64,000 nt of DNA from Gemmatimonadaceae bacterium (GTDB lineage Bacteria > Gemmatimonadota > Gemmatimonadetes > Gemmatimonadales > Gemmatimonadaceae). The stretch is taken from positions 544,001 through 608,000 of the forward strand of contig JBJMOW010000004.1 in assembly GCA_045803545.1 (NCBI GenBank), given 5' to 3'. Position 1 is the stretch's first letter. Every line of letters begins with the position of its first letter. Under the pieces are notes generated by a model. That model made no database searches and had not been told where the DNA came from. It saw nothing but the letters and a program-made list of their open reading frames with translations. Of this stretch, positions 19,851 through 29,479 are shown piece by piece. The position numbers and the translations under genes are program-made.

Positions 19851-21038
19851 GTGCGGATGCGCCGTTATCTAAAGCATCTTACGCGAACGGTCAGATCCAT
19901 CTTTCACCAGGATCCGATCGAAATCCTAACCTACTACGGCTACGGCAATCGCCAGCGCGCTTACGTGCAGGGCCGAGTCCTCGAGGTGCGCAATGTCAGC
20001 ACCAGCACCGACAGCGATTCCGCATTCAGGAATCTGCTGAACACTTATCGACGCGCCGAGGCCGATCCAATCCCGTTTGCCAGTGTCGCCGTAGAGTACG
20101 CAAAGACTACCGTCAAGCTGTCGGCGGATGATGAAGGATTCTTCAGCGGCTGGATCGAACTGAGCGAACCGCTGACCAGCGACGATGAATGGAACGTCTA
20201 CAAGGTCTCCCTGATCGCACCGGTGCATCCCGAGCATTCCACCGCCGACGCGAAAGGTGAAATACTCATTCCCGCCAAAACTGCTCGCTTCGGCGTGATC
20301 AGTGACATCGACGACACCGTCATTCAGTCGCGCGTCTCCAACTTTCTGCAGGCTGCACGGACTGTCATGCTCGGGAACGCCCGCACGCGACTGCCGTTTC
20401 CCGGAGTGGCGGCGTTTTACCGGGCCTTGAGGGGGGGAGCGGGCGGCGATGAAAGGAATCCGATCTACTACGTGTCGAGCAGCCCGTGGAACATCTTCGA
20501 CGTGATCACTGAGTTCATGGAGCTGCAGAAGATTCCGCGGGGTCCGCTCCTGCTGCGCGACTGGGACATCGGCTGGGGACTCCTTTCGTCTTCTCGACAC
20601 CTCCAACACAAAATCGGGCCGATCCGTGATATCATGGGGCAACACCCGGAGCTCGACTTCATTCTCATCGGCGACTCGAGCCAGCATGACCCGGAGATTT
20701 ATCGCCAGATCGTGGGCGAATTCCCGAAGCGAGTGAAGGCGATCTACATCCGCGACGTCACGAGCGGCAGCGCCGAGCGATCGACCAGCGTGAAAAAACT
20801 AGCAGCGGAAGTATTGGCCGCCGGATCAGTGTTGATGCTCGCTGAGGATACTCTCGATGCGGCGCGACATGCAGCCGAACACGGCTGGATCAAGCCTGAA
20901 TCCCTCGCCGAGATTGGCGAGGAGAAAAAGGCGGACGAAGGGCGTGACGATACCAAGGCACCTGCGCCATCGGGTGGCGAGCCAGGTCCCGGCAAGCCGC
21001 CTGTGATTGTCGAGTCACCGAAATCACCGCATGGCTGA
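19851..21038 (+). CDS. App1-family phosphatidate phosphatase (DUF2183)
   Basis: ISDIDDT, YVSSSPWN, LIGDSSQHDPEIY, AIYIRDV. Confidence 0.88.
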   Translation: MRMRRYLKHLTRTVRSIFHQDPIEILTYYGYGNRQRAYVQGRVLEVRNVSTSTDSDSAFRNLLNTYRRAEADPIPFASVAVEYAKTTVKLSADDEGFFSGWIELSEPLTSDDEWNVYKVSLIAPVHPEHSTADAKGEILIPAKTARFGVISDIDDTVIQSRVSNFLQAARTVMLGNARTRLPFPGVAAFYRALRGGAGGDERNPIYYVSSSPWNIFDVITEFMELQKIPRGPLLLRDWDIGWGLLSSSRHLQHKIGPIRDIMGQHPELDFILIGDSSQHDPEIYRQIVGEFPKRVKAIYIRDVTSGSAERSTSVKKLAAEVLAAGSVLMLAEDTLDAARHAAEHGWIKPESLAEIGEEKKADEGRDDTKAPAPSGGEPGPGKPPVIVESPKSPHG

Positions 21039-22292
21039 CTCGAGTCTCATCGCGATCGGTCGGCGATATGTCAGCCGGCGCCAGATCCATTCGACCGGAC
21101 CGTAGCGGAAACGTGAGAGCCATAACGCGCTGAGCGGGATCTGAACTGCGATGATCGCAATTGCGATCGCCATCGCCGTCGCCGGACTGGTCCGCCACCA
21201 CAATCCGAAACCGAACCCATACGACAGCGTGGTGCAGATCAGCGAATGCATCAGGTAATTCGTCAGCGCCATGCGACCCACCGGCGCGAAGGTGGTAATC
21301 CATCGGCGACCATTTATGACCAGCAGGGCAATGGTTGCAGCATAGCCGAGCGCCAGCATCGGGACCCCGACTCCCTGCAGTGCGGTTCCGATCAATCCGC
21401 CGCCGTTTGGTGGTAGATAGTACCAGCGCCTGAAGATCCACGCGGCCGCGACATTCGCCGGCAAGCCAATACACCAGCCGAGAGTTGCCCACTTCACCAG
21501 CAATGGGCGATGGTCGGCCAGCGACGATGTGACTCCAGTGCGCACCGTCCACAGTCCGAGCACGAACATACCGAGCACTTTAGGGAAGCGAACTGTCGCG
21601 AACAGGTCGGCCCAGCGGCCGGAAAGAAAAACCAGGTTGCCGATGAACGCGTCCTTGAGACCGCCGCGTCCGATTCCCTCGAAAAAATGAAGCATCGCTG
21701 CGGGCAGGCCGGAATCCGCTGAGCCGGCGTGCTGCCCGGTCGCAATCCACAGCGTCAGTACGAGCGCGTAGAGCACCGTCGGCGTCGCGAGGAGAATCAG
21801 CGTCCATTTGAGCAGAGCGCGGTCGGACTTTCGCGCAAACCATGGCAGCGTGAAGCCCAGCAGCGCGTAGAGCATCAGGATGTCGCCGGCCCAGATGAAA
21901 AAGGCGTGAATGGCGCCGATCGCCAGCAGAATCCGCAGGCGTCGCCTGAACCTCGGCAACGCTGCGTCACCACCCCGCGACAGTTGGATTCCGAATCCAA
22001 TGCCGAACAGCAGCGAAAAGATCGAGTAGAACTTCTGGTCGATGAATATGTGCTCGAACCAGATTGCGCCACGATCCGCCGTCGTCGTCGCGAGTGCGGC
22101 GACCTGATCTCGCGAAAGGAAGGTCAGTCCGAAAAAGACGATGACGTTGGCGAGGAGAATGCCGCCAACGGCGATCCCGCGTAATACATCAAGCGCGACA
22201 ACCCGTTCAAGCACCGGCATGCTGGCCTGATCGGTCGCGACACCTGGCGTGTATTTGGCTTCGGCGAATCGATAGCCCGGGGGCGACACCAT
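21024..22292 (-). CDS. DUF418 (YeiB-like) membrane protein
   Basis: LDVLRGIA, KFYSIFSLLFGIGF, GDILMLYA, GRMALTNY, GPVEWIWR. Confidence 0.9.
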   Translation of the reverse strand: MVSPPGYRFAEAKYTPGVATDQASMPVLERVVALDVLRGIAVGGILLANVIVFFGLTFLSRDQVAALATTTADRGAIWFEHIFIDQKFYSIFSLLFGIGFGIQLSRGGDAALPRFRRRLRILLAIGAIHAFFIWAGDILMLYALLGFTLPWFARKSDRALLKWTLILLATPTVLYALVLTLWIATGQHAGSADSGLPAAMLHFFEGIGRGGLKDAFIGNLVFLSGRWADLFATVRFPKVLGMFVLGLWTVRTGVTSSLADHRPLLVKWATLGWCIGLPANVAAAWIFRRWYYLPPNGGGLIGTALQGVGVPMLALGYAATIALLVINGRRWITTFAPVGRMALTNYLMHSLICTTLSYGFGFGLWWRTSPATAMAIAIAIIAVQIPLSALWLSRFRYGPVEWIWRRLTYRRPIAMRLESAMR

Positions 22293-22301
22293 TGCTGCCT
22301 C

Positions 22302-22985
22302 CTATGCCGTTGCTCGGCGCCGTGGTGGCGCAACGCCCTTGATGATGAACCAGAACGCCACGGTTATCTCGAAGATGGCGATCGGGATGAACATCAATTG
22401 TGCAGGCGCACCGCGAAGAATGCCAACTGATTCCATTGGCACGCCGACCGCGACGATCGCTGACCCAATCACACCGATCCAGGCTAGCAGCGTCGGAATC
22501 ATGCGCCCGCGGAGGAGTAGGTAGCAGAAGACAGTGCTGCCAACCGCGAATAGAGTGGCGGCAGAGTTCACTTGCCACGATCCCACCTTTAGCAGCAGCG
22601 TGCCGATCGCCGTAGCACTGGCGGGGTCGGGCGCCCCCGGGCCTCTGGCCGTGGCGAGCCAAAGCAATCCATTGGTGTCAATCGCTATTGCGCCCAGGAT
22701 TCCTTCGCCGGCGCGACAGACAAGGCCAAACATCGCAAGCTCGTTGTCCTCGTCGCGCGTGATCCCATACAGGGTTACAGCCAGAGTCAGCGCGCAGAAA
22801 ACGCTGCATAAATCGAGGAACATCATTAGGCGCATGTCGCCGGTATGGCGCGCGACGCTGGCGAGTCGCGCCGGCACATCAGCTCCTTCGGTCACTCGCC
22901 CGAATATCACCATCGACGGGAACGCGACGCCGATGTAGACGAGATATGCGACGCCGGCGATGCGGGCGTTCGTGCTGCGCGTCAT
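22302..22985 (-). CDS. DUF4386 membrane protein
   Basis: ARIAGVAYL, IPTLLAWIG, FEITVAFWFIIKGV; ATG overlaps the upstream stop (ATGA). Confidence 0.82.
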   Translation of the reverse strand: MTRSTNARIAGVAYLVYIGVAFPSMVIFGRVTEGADVPARLASVARHTGDMRLMMFLDLCSVFCALTLAVTLYGITRDEDNELAMFGLVCRAGEGILGAIAIDTNGLLWLATARGPGAPDPASATAIGTLLLKVGSWQVNSAATLFAVGSTVFCYLLLRGRMIPTLLAWIGVIGSAIVAVGVPMESVGILRGAPAQLMFIPIAIFEITVAFWFIIKGVAPPRRRATA

Positions 22986-23716
22986 GCTGCCGCCAGATTG
23001 AGCGTCGTCGAGTCCGCGCGTTGTCTCCACCTCTCGACGTTGACGCCTTTGAACAGGAGCCACAGTGTCGTGCAACCCTCGCCCAGGAACGCTACTGGAA
23101 TGACGACCGGAGACAGCATGCTGCCGAGTGTTGGCGAGAGGAGGTAGGTAAGCGAGCTGATGACGTAGAACGACCCACCAACGCCGAGCAGGATTCCAAC
23201 GATTCTGGGGATGAAGCCGGAGCGGGCGATCAGATAGCCGGCGGTGGCGCACTGCAGGCCGAAATACACCATGGAGACTTTAAATCCGAGTCCGAACGCC
23301 ATGATCGCCGAGCGGGCAACTGCCTGCATCTGACTGGCGTCGGCGGCGGAGGCGGTCTGGGCGGACCTGAGAATCGCAATGATGCCGAGGTCGCGAACGG
23401 TCAGCCCCGCTCCGATGGTGATTCCGATGATCCCGCAGGCAGCGGCGAATAGCGCCAGGCTTTTGCTGACCGGTTTCAGCAGCTGGTAGAGCAGCACGGT
23501 GACCCCGACGTAGCAGGCCCCGCCGATAAATTCGTTGACAACGCCGAAACGAAAGGCGAGCTCGGACGCGAGGATGTTGTTGGCAGTCGTAGCCGCGTCC
23601 GGCACGATGATGGTGGGGCCGGCGATGGCAAACGAGCTGATAACGATGACGGCGAGCCAGAGCGCGCCAGCCATTCGCGCGGTGAACTGCGGTGATGCAT
23701 GATTAGAAATCGCCAT
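22982..23716 (-). CDS. DUF4386 membrane protein
   Basis: ARMAGALWL, LYQLLKPV, SGFIPRIVG, GE..LWLLFKGV. Confidence 0.85.
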   Translation of the reverse strand: MAISNHASPQFTARMAGALWLAVIVISSFAIAGPTIIVPDAATTANNILASELAFRFGVVNEFIGGACYVGVTVLLYQLLKPVSKSLALFAAACGIIGITIGAGLTVRDLGIIAILRSAQTASAADASQMQAVARSAIMAFGLGFKVSMVYFGLQCATAGYLIARSGFIPRIVGILLGVGGSFYVISSLTYLLSPTLGSMLSPVVIPVAFLGEGCTTLWLLFKGVNVERWRQRADSTTLNLAAA

Positions 23717-23739
23717 ACATTCTCCGGGTGGGTTCTGGG

Positions 23740-23761
23740 GATAACTAAGTTTTCAGTTATC
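23740..23761. promoter_or_regulatory. Palindromic operator, probably for the adjacent BlaI-family repressor
   Basis: GATAACT-AAGTTTTC-AGTTATC, AT-rich, just upstream of the DUF4386 operon. Confidence 0.6.
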
Positions 23762-23763
23762 TC

Positions 23764-23857
23764 TAACGAGCCGAAGCTGGATCAGGTTTCAGGCTCAGCC
23801 GGGCCGAACAACCCCCGGGGGCGGTTCTACGGAAACCGCCGGCCGCCTCGCCCCGTA
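23764..23857. promoter_or_regulatory. Two divergent ECF-sigma-like promoters
   Basis: Minus strand TGAAAC-N17-CGTTA toward DUF4386; plus strand GGAAAC-N17-CGTA (23831-23857) toward M56. Confidence 0.45.
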
Positions 23858-23865
23858 GGAAAGCC

Positions 23866-24810
23866 ATGCTTTGCATTCTCTACGTCAATGCAGTTGGAGC
23901 TCTCCTGGGGATCGCCGGTATATCCATGGAGCGACTACTGCCGACGACTGCGCCGAGGCGTTGGGTGTGGTGCTTGATCATTCCCGCGTCGATGTTCGTG
24001 CCCGGATTCTATCGGATGCACCACAACTGGATTGTCACTGACGGCGCGGTAGCAACCGATCTCTCGATTGTCGGAGACTTCCGCGGATGGTGGGCACGCA
24101 GCGGAAATTTCGACTCAACGATCAATCGAGTGTGGTGGACGGTTTCTCTGGTGCTACTGATCTGGGGCGTCGTCAACGCATTACGCGTAGCCTTCCTGGT
24201 CGCGATGTCACGGCGGCAAGCCGGAGCGCGCAAAGCACCGGTCGTCGACGGCGTGCCGATCGTCGTCACCGACCAGCTCGGGCCGGCCACTGTTGGCTTG
24301 ATGCGGTCGCGGGTGCTGGTGCCGCGTTGGGTCCTGGCGCTGCCAGGCATGCAGCGGCGATACGTGCTCCGTCATGAAGAGGAGCATCGGCGCGCGCACG
24401 ATGTGCATTTGCTGCTCTTTGCATCGCTACCGCTGCTGTTGATGCCGTGGAACCTCGCGATGTGGTGGCATCTGCGCCGACTCTCCCTCGCAGTGGAGCT
24501 CGATTGCGACAATCGGGTCGTCAACGCGCTGGGGGATGCGCCTGCCTATGGCGAGCTCCTTCTCACAGTTGCGACTGCAGCGAGCAAAACGCCCAGGCTC
24601 CAGCCGGCATTCCTCGGCGGCGCCGGGTCGCTCGAGCGTAGGTTACGGGCGCTCGTATCGCCGGCGCCACTCCGTCGAGCGCAGAAATTTCTGCTGCCAG
24701 TGCTGACGGTGACGCTCCTGTTTATTGTTGTCTGGATGCCGCATCCGATACTCGGGCCCAACTGCAACGCGTCTCACCAACTGGCGTCGACAGGAACCGC
24801 TGGCAGATAA
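23866..24810 (+). CDS. BlaR1/MecR1-type M56 metallopeptidase with no large sensor domain
   Basis: RRWVW, GPATVG, HEEEH (HExxH), PWN, ELDCD, LERRL. Confidence 0.9.
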   Translation: MLCILYVNAVGALLGIAGISMERLLPTTAPRRWVWCLIIPASMFVPGFYRMHHNWIVTDGAVATDLSIVGDFRGWWARSGNFDSTINRVWWTVSLVLLIWGVVNALRVAFLVAMSRRQAGARKAPVVDGVPIVVTDQLGPATVGLMRSRVLVPRWVLALPGMQRRYVLRHEEEHRRAHDVHLLLFASLPLLLMPWNLAMWWHLRRLSLAVELDCDNRVVNALGDAPAYGELLLTVATAASKTPRLQPAFLGGAGSLERRLRALVSPAPLRRAQKFLLPVLTVTLLFIVVWMPHPILGPNCNASHQLASTGTAGR

Positions 24811-25175
24811 TGGCAGATCTTCATTTAACGCAGCGCGAGCTCGATATCATGGGCGTGCTCTGGGAGCGCGGCGAAGCGACTGTCACCGAAGTCCGCGACG
24901 AGATCGATCCCGATCTCTCCTATACCAGCATCTCGAGCATGATTCGGACGCTCGAGCTCAAGCGCTACGTGTCGCACCGCCGCGGCGAGGGCAAGACGCA
25001 CGTCTACTTCCCGGTGATCGAAGCTGAGAAGGCCGGCGAATCCGTTCTCAAGCGCGTCCTCGAGAAGGTCTACGGCGGATCGCCGATCAAGCTCCTCGCG
25101 CATCTGATGGAGCAAAAGCGCATACCCGAGAAGGAATTGGCGCGGATGAGGGAGATGCTTAAGAAGAAGCGGTAG
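24810..25175 (+). CDS. BlaI/MecI/CopY family repressor
   Basis: LTQRELDIMGVLW, ATVTEV, LSYTSI, VYGGS. Confidence 0.92.
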   Translation: MADLHLTQRELDIMGVLWERGEATVTEVRDEIDPDLSYTSISSMIRTLELKRYVSHRRGEGKTHVYFPVIEAEKAGESVLKRVLEKVYGGSPIKLLAHLMEQKRIPEKELARMREMLKKKR

Positions 25176-25210
25176 GCGGTAGGCGGGCAGCGGGAAGCGA
25201 GAGGCGGGAC
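25169..25210 (+). repeat. Degenerate heptamer tandem array (6 units)
   Basis: GCGGTAG GCGGTAG GCGGGCA GCGGGAA GCGAGAG GCGGGAC. Confidence 0.7.
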
Positions 25211-25257
25211 GAGGACTGCTTGACGCCTCAGCCGGTGAAGGCGACGATGTAGCCGCA

Positions 25258-26586
25258 ATGAGCAAGCGGCTTTTCTTCTGGTCGATTACTTCGGCGCTCG
25301 CCGGATTCCTGTTTGGGTTCGACACCGTGGTTATATCCGGGGCCGAGCAGCGGATTCAGGCGCTATGGTCATTGTCAGCCGGCGTTCACGGTGTCGCGCT
25401 TGGCGCGGCGCTCTATGGTACCGTGCTCGGGTCGCTCACTGGTGGGTTTCCCGCCGATCGATTTGGCCGGAAGCCTACCCTGCTCTGGGTTGGGCTTTTC
25501 TACATCGTGTCTGCGCTCGGCTCGGCGATCGCATGGAACGTCGAGGTTTTCATTCTCGCACGATTCCTTGGTGGCGTTGGCATCGGTGTGTCGACAGTCG
25601 TGGCGCCGATGTACATCTCCGAGATCGCGCCGCCCGCGTATCGCGGACGGCTCGCGGGGATGTTCCAGTTCAACATCGTATTCGGCATCGTCGTCGCATT
25701 TCTGTCGAATGCGCTGCTCGCAAGCATCGGTGAGAACGCGTGGCGGTGGATGCTTGGCGTGGCAGCAATTCCGTCGCTCATCTACACACTGATGTGCCTG
25801 GCGATTCCGGAGAGTCCGCGCTGGCTGCTAACGCGAAGGGGTGACCGTCAGCGGGCGCTGGAAGTGATGCAGAAAGCCGAACCGCGGGCGAGTGAGATGG
25901 ATCTCGGTCGAAAAGCCGACGAGATACTTGCCGCCTCCGCGCAGCAAACGAGCTCGCGCGGGTTCTGGACGATGAAGCTGCGTGTACCGATCATGCTCGC
26001 GTTCCTGGTGGCGTTCTTCAACCAGCTCTCGGGAATCAACGCGATTCTCTACTTTGCCCCGCGCATCTTCGAGATGACCGGCCTCGGTGCGCAGGCGGCC
26101 CTGCTCCAGTCTGTCGGCATCGGCATCACCAATCTCATTTTCACTTTCGTCGGGCTGTGGCTGATCGATCGACTGGGCCGACGAACCCTGCTCACCATCG
26201 GATCGTTCGGCTACATCGCATCGCTTGGTCTCTGCGCGTGGGCGTTCTTCACCCATCACTACGCGATCGTGCCGGCGTGCATCTTCGGTTTCATCGCGGC
26301 TCACGCCGTCGGGCAGGGAACTGTGATCTGGGTTTTGATTTCCGAGATCTTCCCAAATCGATATCGCGCAGCGGGCCAGTCCCTCGGCAGCGCGACACAC
26401 TGGATCTTCGCTGCCCTGCTGACGACGTTCTTCCCGGCGGCGGTGAGCATGTTCGCGCCCGGTTACATCTTCTCGTTCTTCTGCTTCATGATGGTACTGC
26501 AGCTGATCTGGGTGCGGACGATGGTGCCTGAGACCAAGGGCGTTCCGCTCGAGGAGATCCAGAAGAAGCTGGGCGTCGCATTGTGA
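25258..26586 (+). CDS. Sugar porter family MFS transporter
   Basis: GFLFGFDT, DRFGRK, YISEIAP..RG, PESPRWL, NQLSGIN, PETKG. Confidence 0.95.
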   Translation: MSKRLFFWSITSALAGFLFGFDTVVISGAEQRIQALWSLSAGVHGVALGAALYGTVLGSLTGGFPADRFGRKPTLLWVGLFYIVSALGSAIAWNVEVFILARFLGGVGIGVSTVVAPMYISEIAPPAYRGRLAGMFQFNIVFGIVVAFLSNALLASIGENAWRWMLGVAAIPSLIYTLMCLAIPESPRWLLTRRGDRQRALEVMQKAEPRASEMDLGRKADEILAASAQQTSSRGFWTMKLRVPIMLAFLVAFFNQLSGINAILYFAPRIFEMTGLGAQAALLQSVGIGITNLIFTFVGLWLIDRLGRRTLLTIGSFGYIASLGLCAWAFFTHHYAIVPACIFGFIAAHAVGQGTVIWVLISEIFPNRYRAAGQSLGSATHWIFAALLTTFFPAAVSMFAPGYIFSFFCFMMVLQLIWVRTMVPETKGVPLEEIQKKLGVAL

Positions 26587-27470
26587 GGTCGCGCCCGGTC
26601 GTTGCGGCCATCGGTGAGGTGCTTTGGGATGTCTATCCCGACGCCGCCCGGTTTGGTGGAGCACCTGCGAACTTTGCGTGTCACGCGGCGGCATTCAGCG
26701 CAGACGCGCTTCTCATTAGCGCGGTTGGTGACGATGAGCTCGGTCACCGCGCGATAGCCACGTTGGCAAAGCACGGGGTGGACATTGCATCGGTTGTCCG
26801 CGACCATGCACACCCAACCGGACAGGTGGAAGTGACGCTCGATCCGTCAGGCCGCGCCAGTTATCGATTTGCGGAAGACGTGGCCTGGGACCACCTGTCG
26901 TGGGGCGATTCCCTGGCGTTGTTGGCTCACCAGGTTGATGCAGTATGCTTCGGCACCCTGGCGCAGCGATCGAAGGAATCGTGTGAAACAATTCGGCGGT
27001 TCGTTGGCGCAACGTTGGCGGGCACCACACGCATGTTCGACGTCAATCTGCGGCAGAGTTTTTTCAACGCCGAGGTCGTCGACGCTTCCCTGCGATTGGC
27101 GACAGCTTTGAAGCTCAATGAAGACGAACTGCCACTTGTTGCGCGAATGTGCAACGTGACTGGGAGCCACACGCGAGAGCTGTTGCGAGGTCTCCTCGAT
27201 CGATACCAGTTGAATCTCGTTGCGCTGACGCGTGGGTTCAACGGAGCGCTGCTGATGACGGCCGACGATGTCTCGGAATGTCCGGCACTGCCGACGACGG
27301 TCGTCGACACGGTAGGCGCGGGCGATGCGTTTACGGCGGCCCTGGTGATGGACTGCATGCTCGGCCTGCCACTCGGGGAGATCAATCGGCACGCGAACGC
27401 TGTGGCATCATTCGTCTGCTCCCAGGCCGGCGCGGTGGCGCCGCTTCCCGCCGAGTTGCTATCGCGCTAG
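26583..27470 (+). CDS. PfkB-family carbohydrate kinase (fructokinase-like)
   Basis: GEVLWD, GGAPANF, DVNLR, KLNEDE, DTVGAGDAF. Confidence 0.92.
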   Translation: MRSRPVVAAIGEVLWDVYPDAARFGGAPANFACHAAAFSADALLISAVGDDELGHRAIATLAKHGVDIASVVRDHAHPTGQVEVTLDPSGRASYRFAEDVAWDHLSWGDSLALLAHQVDAVCFGTLAQRSKESCETIRRFVGATLAGTTRMFDVNLRQSFFNAEVVDASLRLATALKLNEDELPLVARMCNVTGSHTRELLRGLLDRYQLNLVALTRGFNGALLMTADDVSECPALPTTVVDTVGAGDAFTAALVMDCMLGLPLGEINRHANAVASFVCSQAGAVAPLPAELLSR

Positions 27471-27487
27471 GGTGCTTTGCCGAAGCT

Positions 27488-29455
27488 TCATCGTAGCGGC
27501 GCCGCTGCTGGGGCTGATCGCGCTTTTCTGAGCATCCACCCGTACAGCCAGATAATCACGCCGACGAAGCCGATTACACCAAGCCAGGGCGCCGCTCTGA
27601 AGGCCTCGGAGACGAGGGCGATCGGCGCGTCCTTGGAGAAACCGACAATGAGACCTGCGTTGATGACGCCCCAGATGCTTTCGCCGACGATCAAGCCCGA
27701 CGCGACCAGTGTCCCCAATCGCTCGGCGCGCTCCGGGTTCGGTGTGTTCTTCACCCGACCGTCGTACCAGTGCGCGAGCACTGCGCCGACGATCACTGCG
27801 AACGTCGCCGACATTGGCAGGTAGATGCCGATCCCAACCGCGAGTGGCGGAATGCGCAACTTCTTCAGGATGCGAAGAACCTCGTCGAGAATAACGATGC
27901 CGACGCCGACCAATGCGCCGATGCCGAGCATCTTCCATTCGAGCTTGCCGCCGATGACGCCCTGTGCAAGAGCGGATATCAGCGTTGCCTGCGGAGCGGG
28001 CAGCGGGTTCGCGGCAATGACGTTTACGTTTGGTGCTCCAGCAAAGCCGTAAGCACGTGCGAGCAGATTCAGCACCGATGGAATGACTGACGCGCCGGCT
28101 GCGACACCGACGATCAGGGCGATCTGCTGGCGCATTGGTGATGCGCCAACCAGCTGACCGGTTTTCAGGTCCTGCAGATTGTCATTTGAAATTGTCGCGC
28201 AGGCAAATACGATCGCCGTCACGAACAGCGCGATCGCAACGAGTGCCTGGCTGTTTTGCGCCGTCGGTGTGACGGCGAGCGCGAACACGGATGCGCAGAC
28301 AACAATCGACAGAATACCGACACCCGAGATCGGGCTATTCGACGCCCCAATCAGGCCGGCCATGTATCCGCAGACACCCGCGATGATGAAGCCGATGATC
28401 AGCACGAAAGGAATGGAAATCAGAGTCAGCTTCAGTGCGTCAGGCGCCAGCACCGTCGATTTTGCAAACGAGTAAGCGAGCCACGCCGCGATGATCAAAC
28501 ACCCTGCCGTCAGGATGTAAATCCAGGATGGAGGTATGTCGCGGTCGAGGTCGTCTCCCGTCGCTTCCACGCGAGAAGCGCGGAGTGTGCTCACGAGTCC
28601 GCCGAATACCGGACGGGCAAGCCGACCGAGTGAGTAAATGGCGGCAACCGCGATCACGCCCGCCCCGATGAACCGAACCTGGGTACGCCAGATCGCGATG
28701 GTGTGCGCGTCGAGAGTCTGTCCGACTGTTGCCGGTTGCATCGCAGTGAGGACCGGCACCGCGATGACCCACGAGATGATTTGTCCAACTAACATCGCCA
28801 TGCCGACTGAGAGTCCGACGAGGTGTCCCGCTCCAAGCAGGGCGAGAGACCAGCCCAGATTCCAGCCGGTCGATCCTGAGCCCACGCGGGTGAATCCATT
28901 CAGCTCCGCGGCGGCAATCCGCGTCGCGGTGACAATTGCAAATCCTGCTGATGCGATCGAGCCGAGGATGACGGCGACCAAACCTTCGCGTGCTTCGCCG
29001 GATTCGTCCTTCGTCTCGCCGCGCGTGCCCGCGCCGACGATCAGAACTTCGGCTGCGGCCACTCCTTCGGGATACGGCAGATCCGAAGTCGTCACCAGCG
29101 CGCGTCGCAGCGGAATCGTGAATAGCACGCCGAGCACGCCGCCGCTCAGGCAGATAAAAAAAGATTCCCAGAACGGGAATCCAGTCCACCAGCCGATGAT
29201 CACCAATCCGGGGAGAACAAAGATGATCGCCGAGAGCGTTCCCGCTGCCGAAGCGACGGTCTGCACGATGTTGTTCTCGAGGATCGTGGAGTCCTTCACC
29301 GCGCTGAGGATCGCCATCGATATCACCGCTGCGGGGATCGATGAGGCGAAGGTGAGGCCTACCTTTAGACCGAGGTAGACGTTGGCGGCGGTGAAAACCG
29401 TTGTGATAAGCGCGCCGAGGACCAGGCCGCGTATCGTAAGCTCGTTGGGTTTCAT
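27488..29455 (-). CDS. OPT family oligopeptide transporter
   Basis: YLGLKVGLT, ENNIVQT, LPYPEG, SNSPISG, DNLQDLKTG, APQA. Confidence 0.95.
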   Translation of the reverse strand: MKPNELTIRGLVLGALITTVFTAANVYLGLKVGLTFASSIPAAVISMAILSAVKDSTILENNIVQTVASAAGTLSAIIFVLPGLVIIGWWTGFPFWESFFICLSGGVLGVLFTIPLRRALVTTSDLPYPEGVAAAEVLIVGAGTRGETKDESGEAREGLVAVILGSIASAGFAIVTATRIAAAELNGFTRVGSGSTGWNLGWSLALLGAGHLVGLSVGMAMLVGQIISWVIAVPVLTAMQPATVGQTLDAHTIAIWRTQVRFIGAGVIAVAAIYSLGRLARPVFGGLVSTLRASRVEATGDDLDRDIPPSWIYILTAGCLIIAAWLAYSFAKSTVLAPDALKLTLISIPFVLIIGFIIAGVCGYMAGLIGASNSPISGVGILSIVVCASVFALAVTPTAQNSQALVAIALFVTAIVFACATISNDNLQDLKTGQLVGASPMRQQIALIVGVAAGASVIPSVLNLLARAYGFAGAPNVNVIAANPLPAPQATLISALAQGVIGGKLEWKMLGIGALVGVGIVILDEVLRILKKLRIPPLAVGIGIYLPMSATFAVIVGAVLAHWYDGRVKNTPNPERAERLGTLVASGLIVGESIWGVINAGLIVGFSKDAPIALVSEAFRAAPWLGVIGFVGVIIWLYGWMLRKARSAPAAAPLR

Positions 29456-29479
29456 GCGGAGAATTCTACCTCCAAACGG

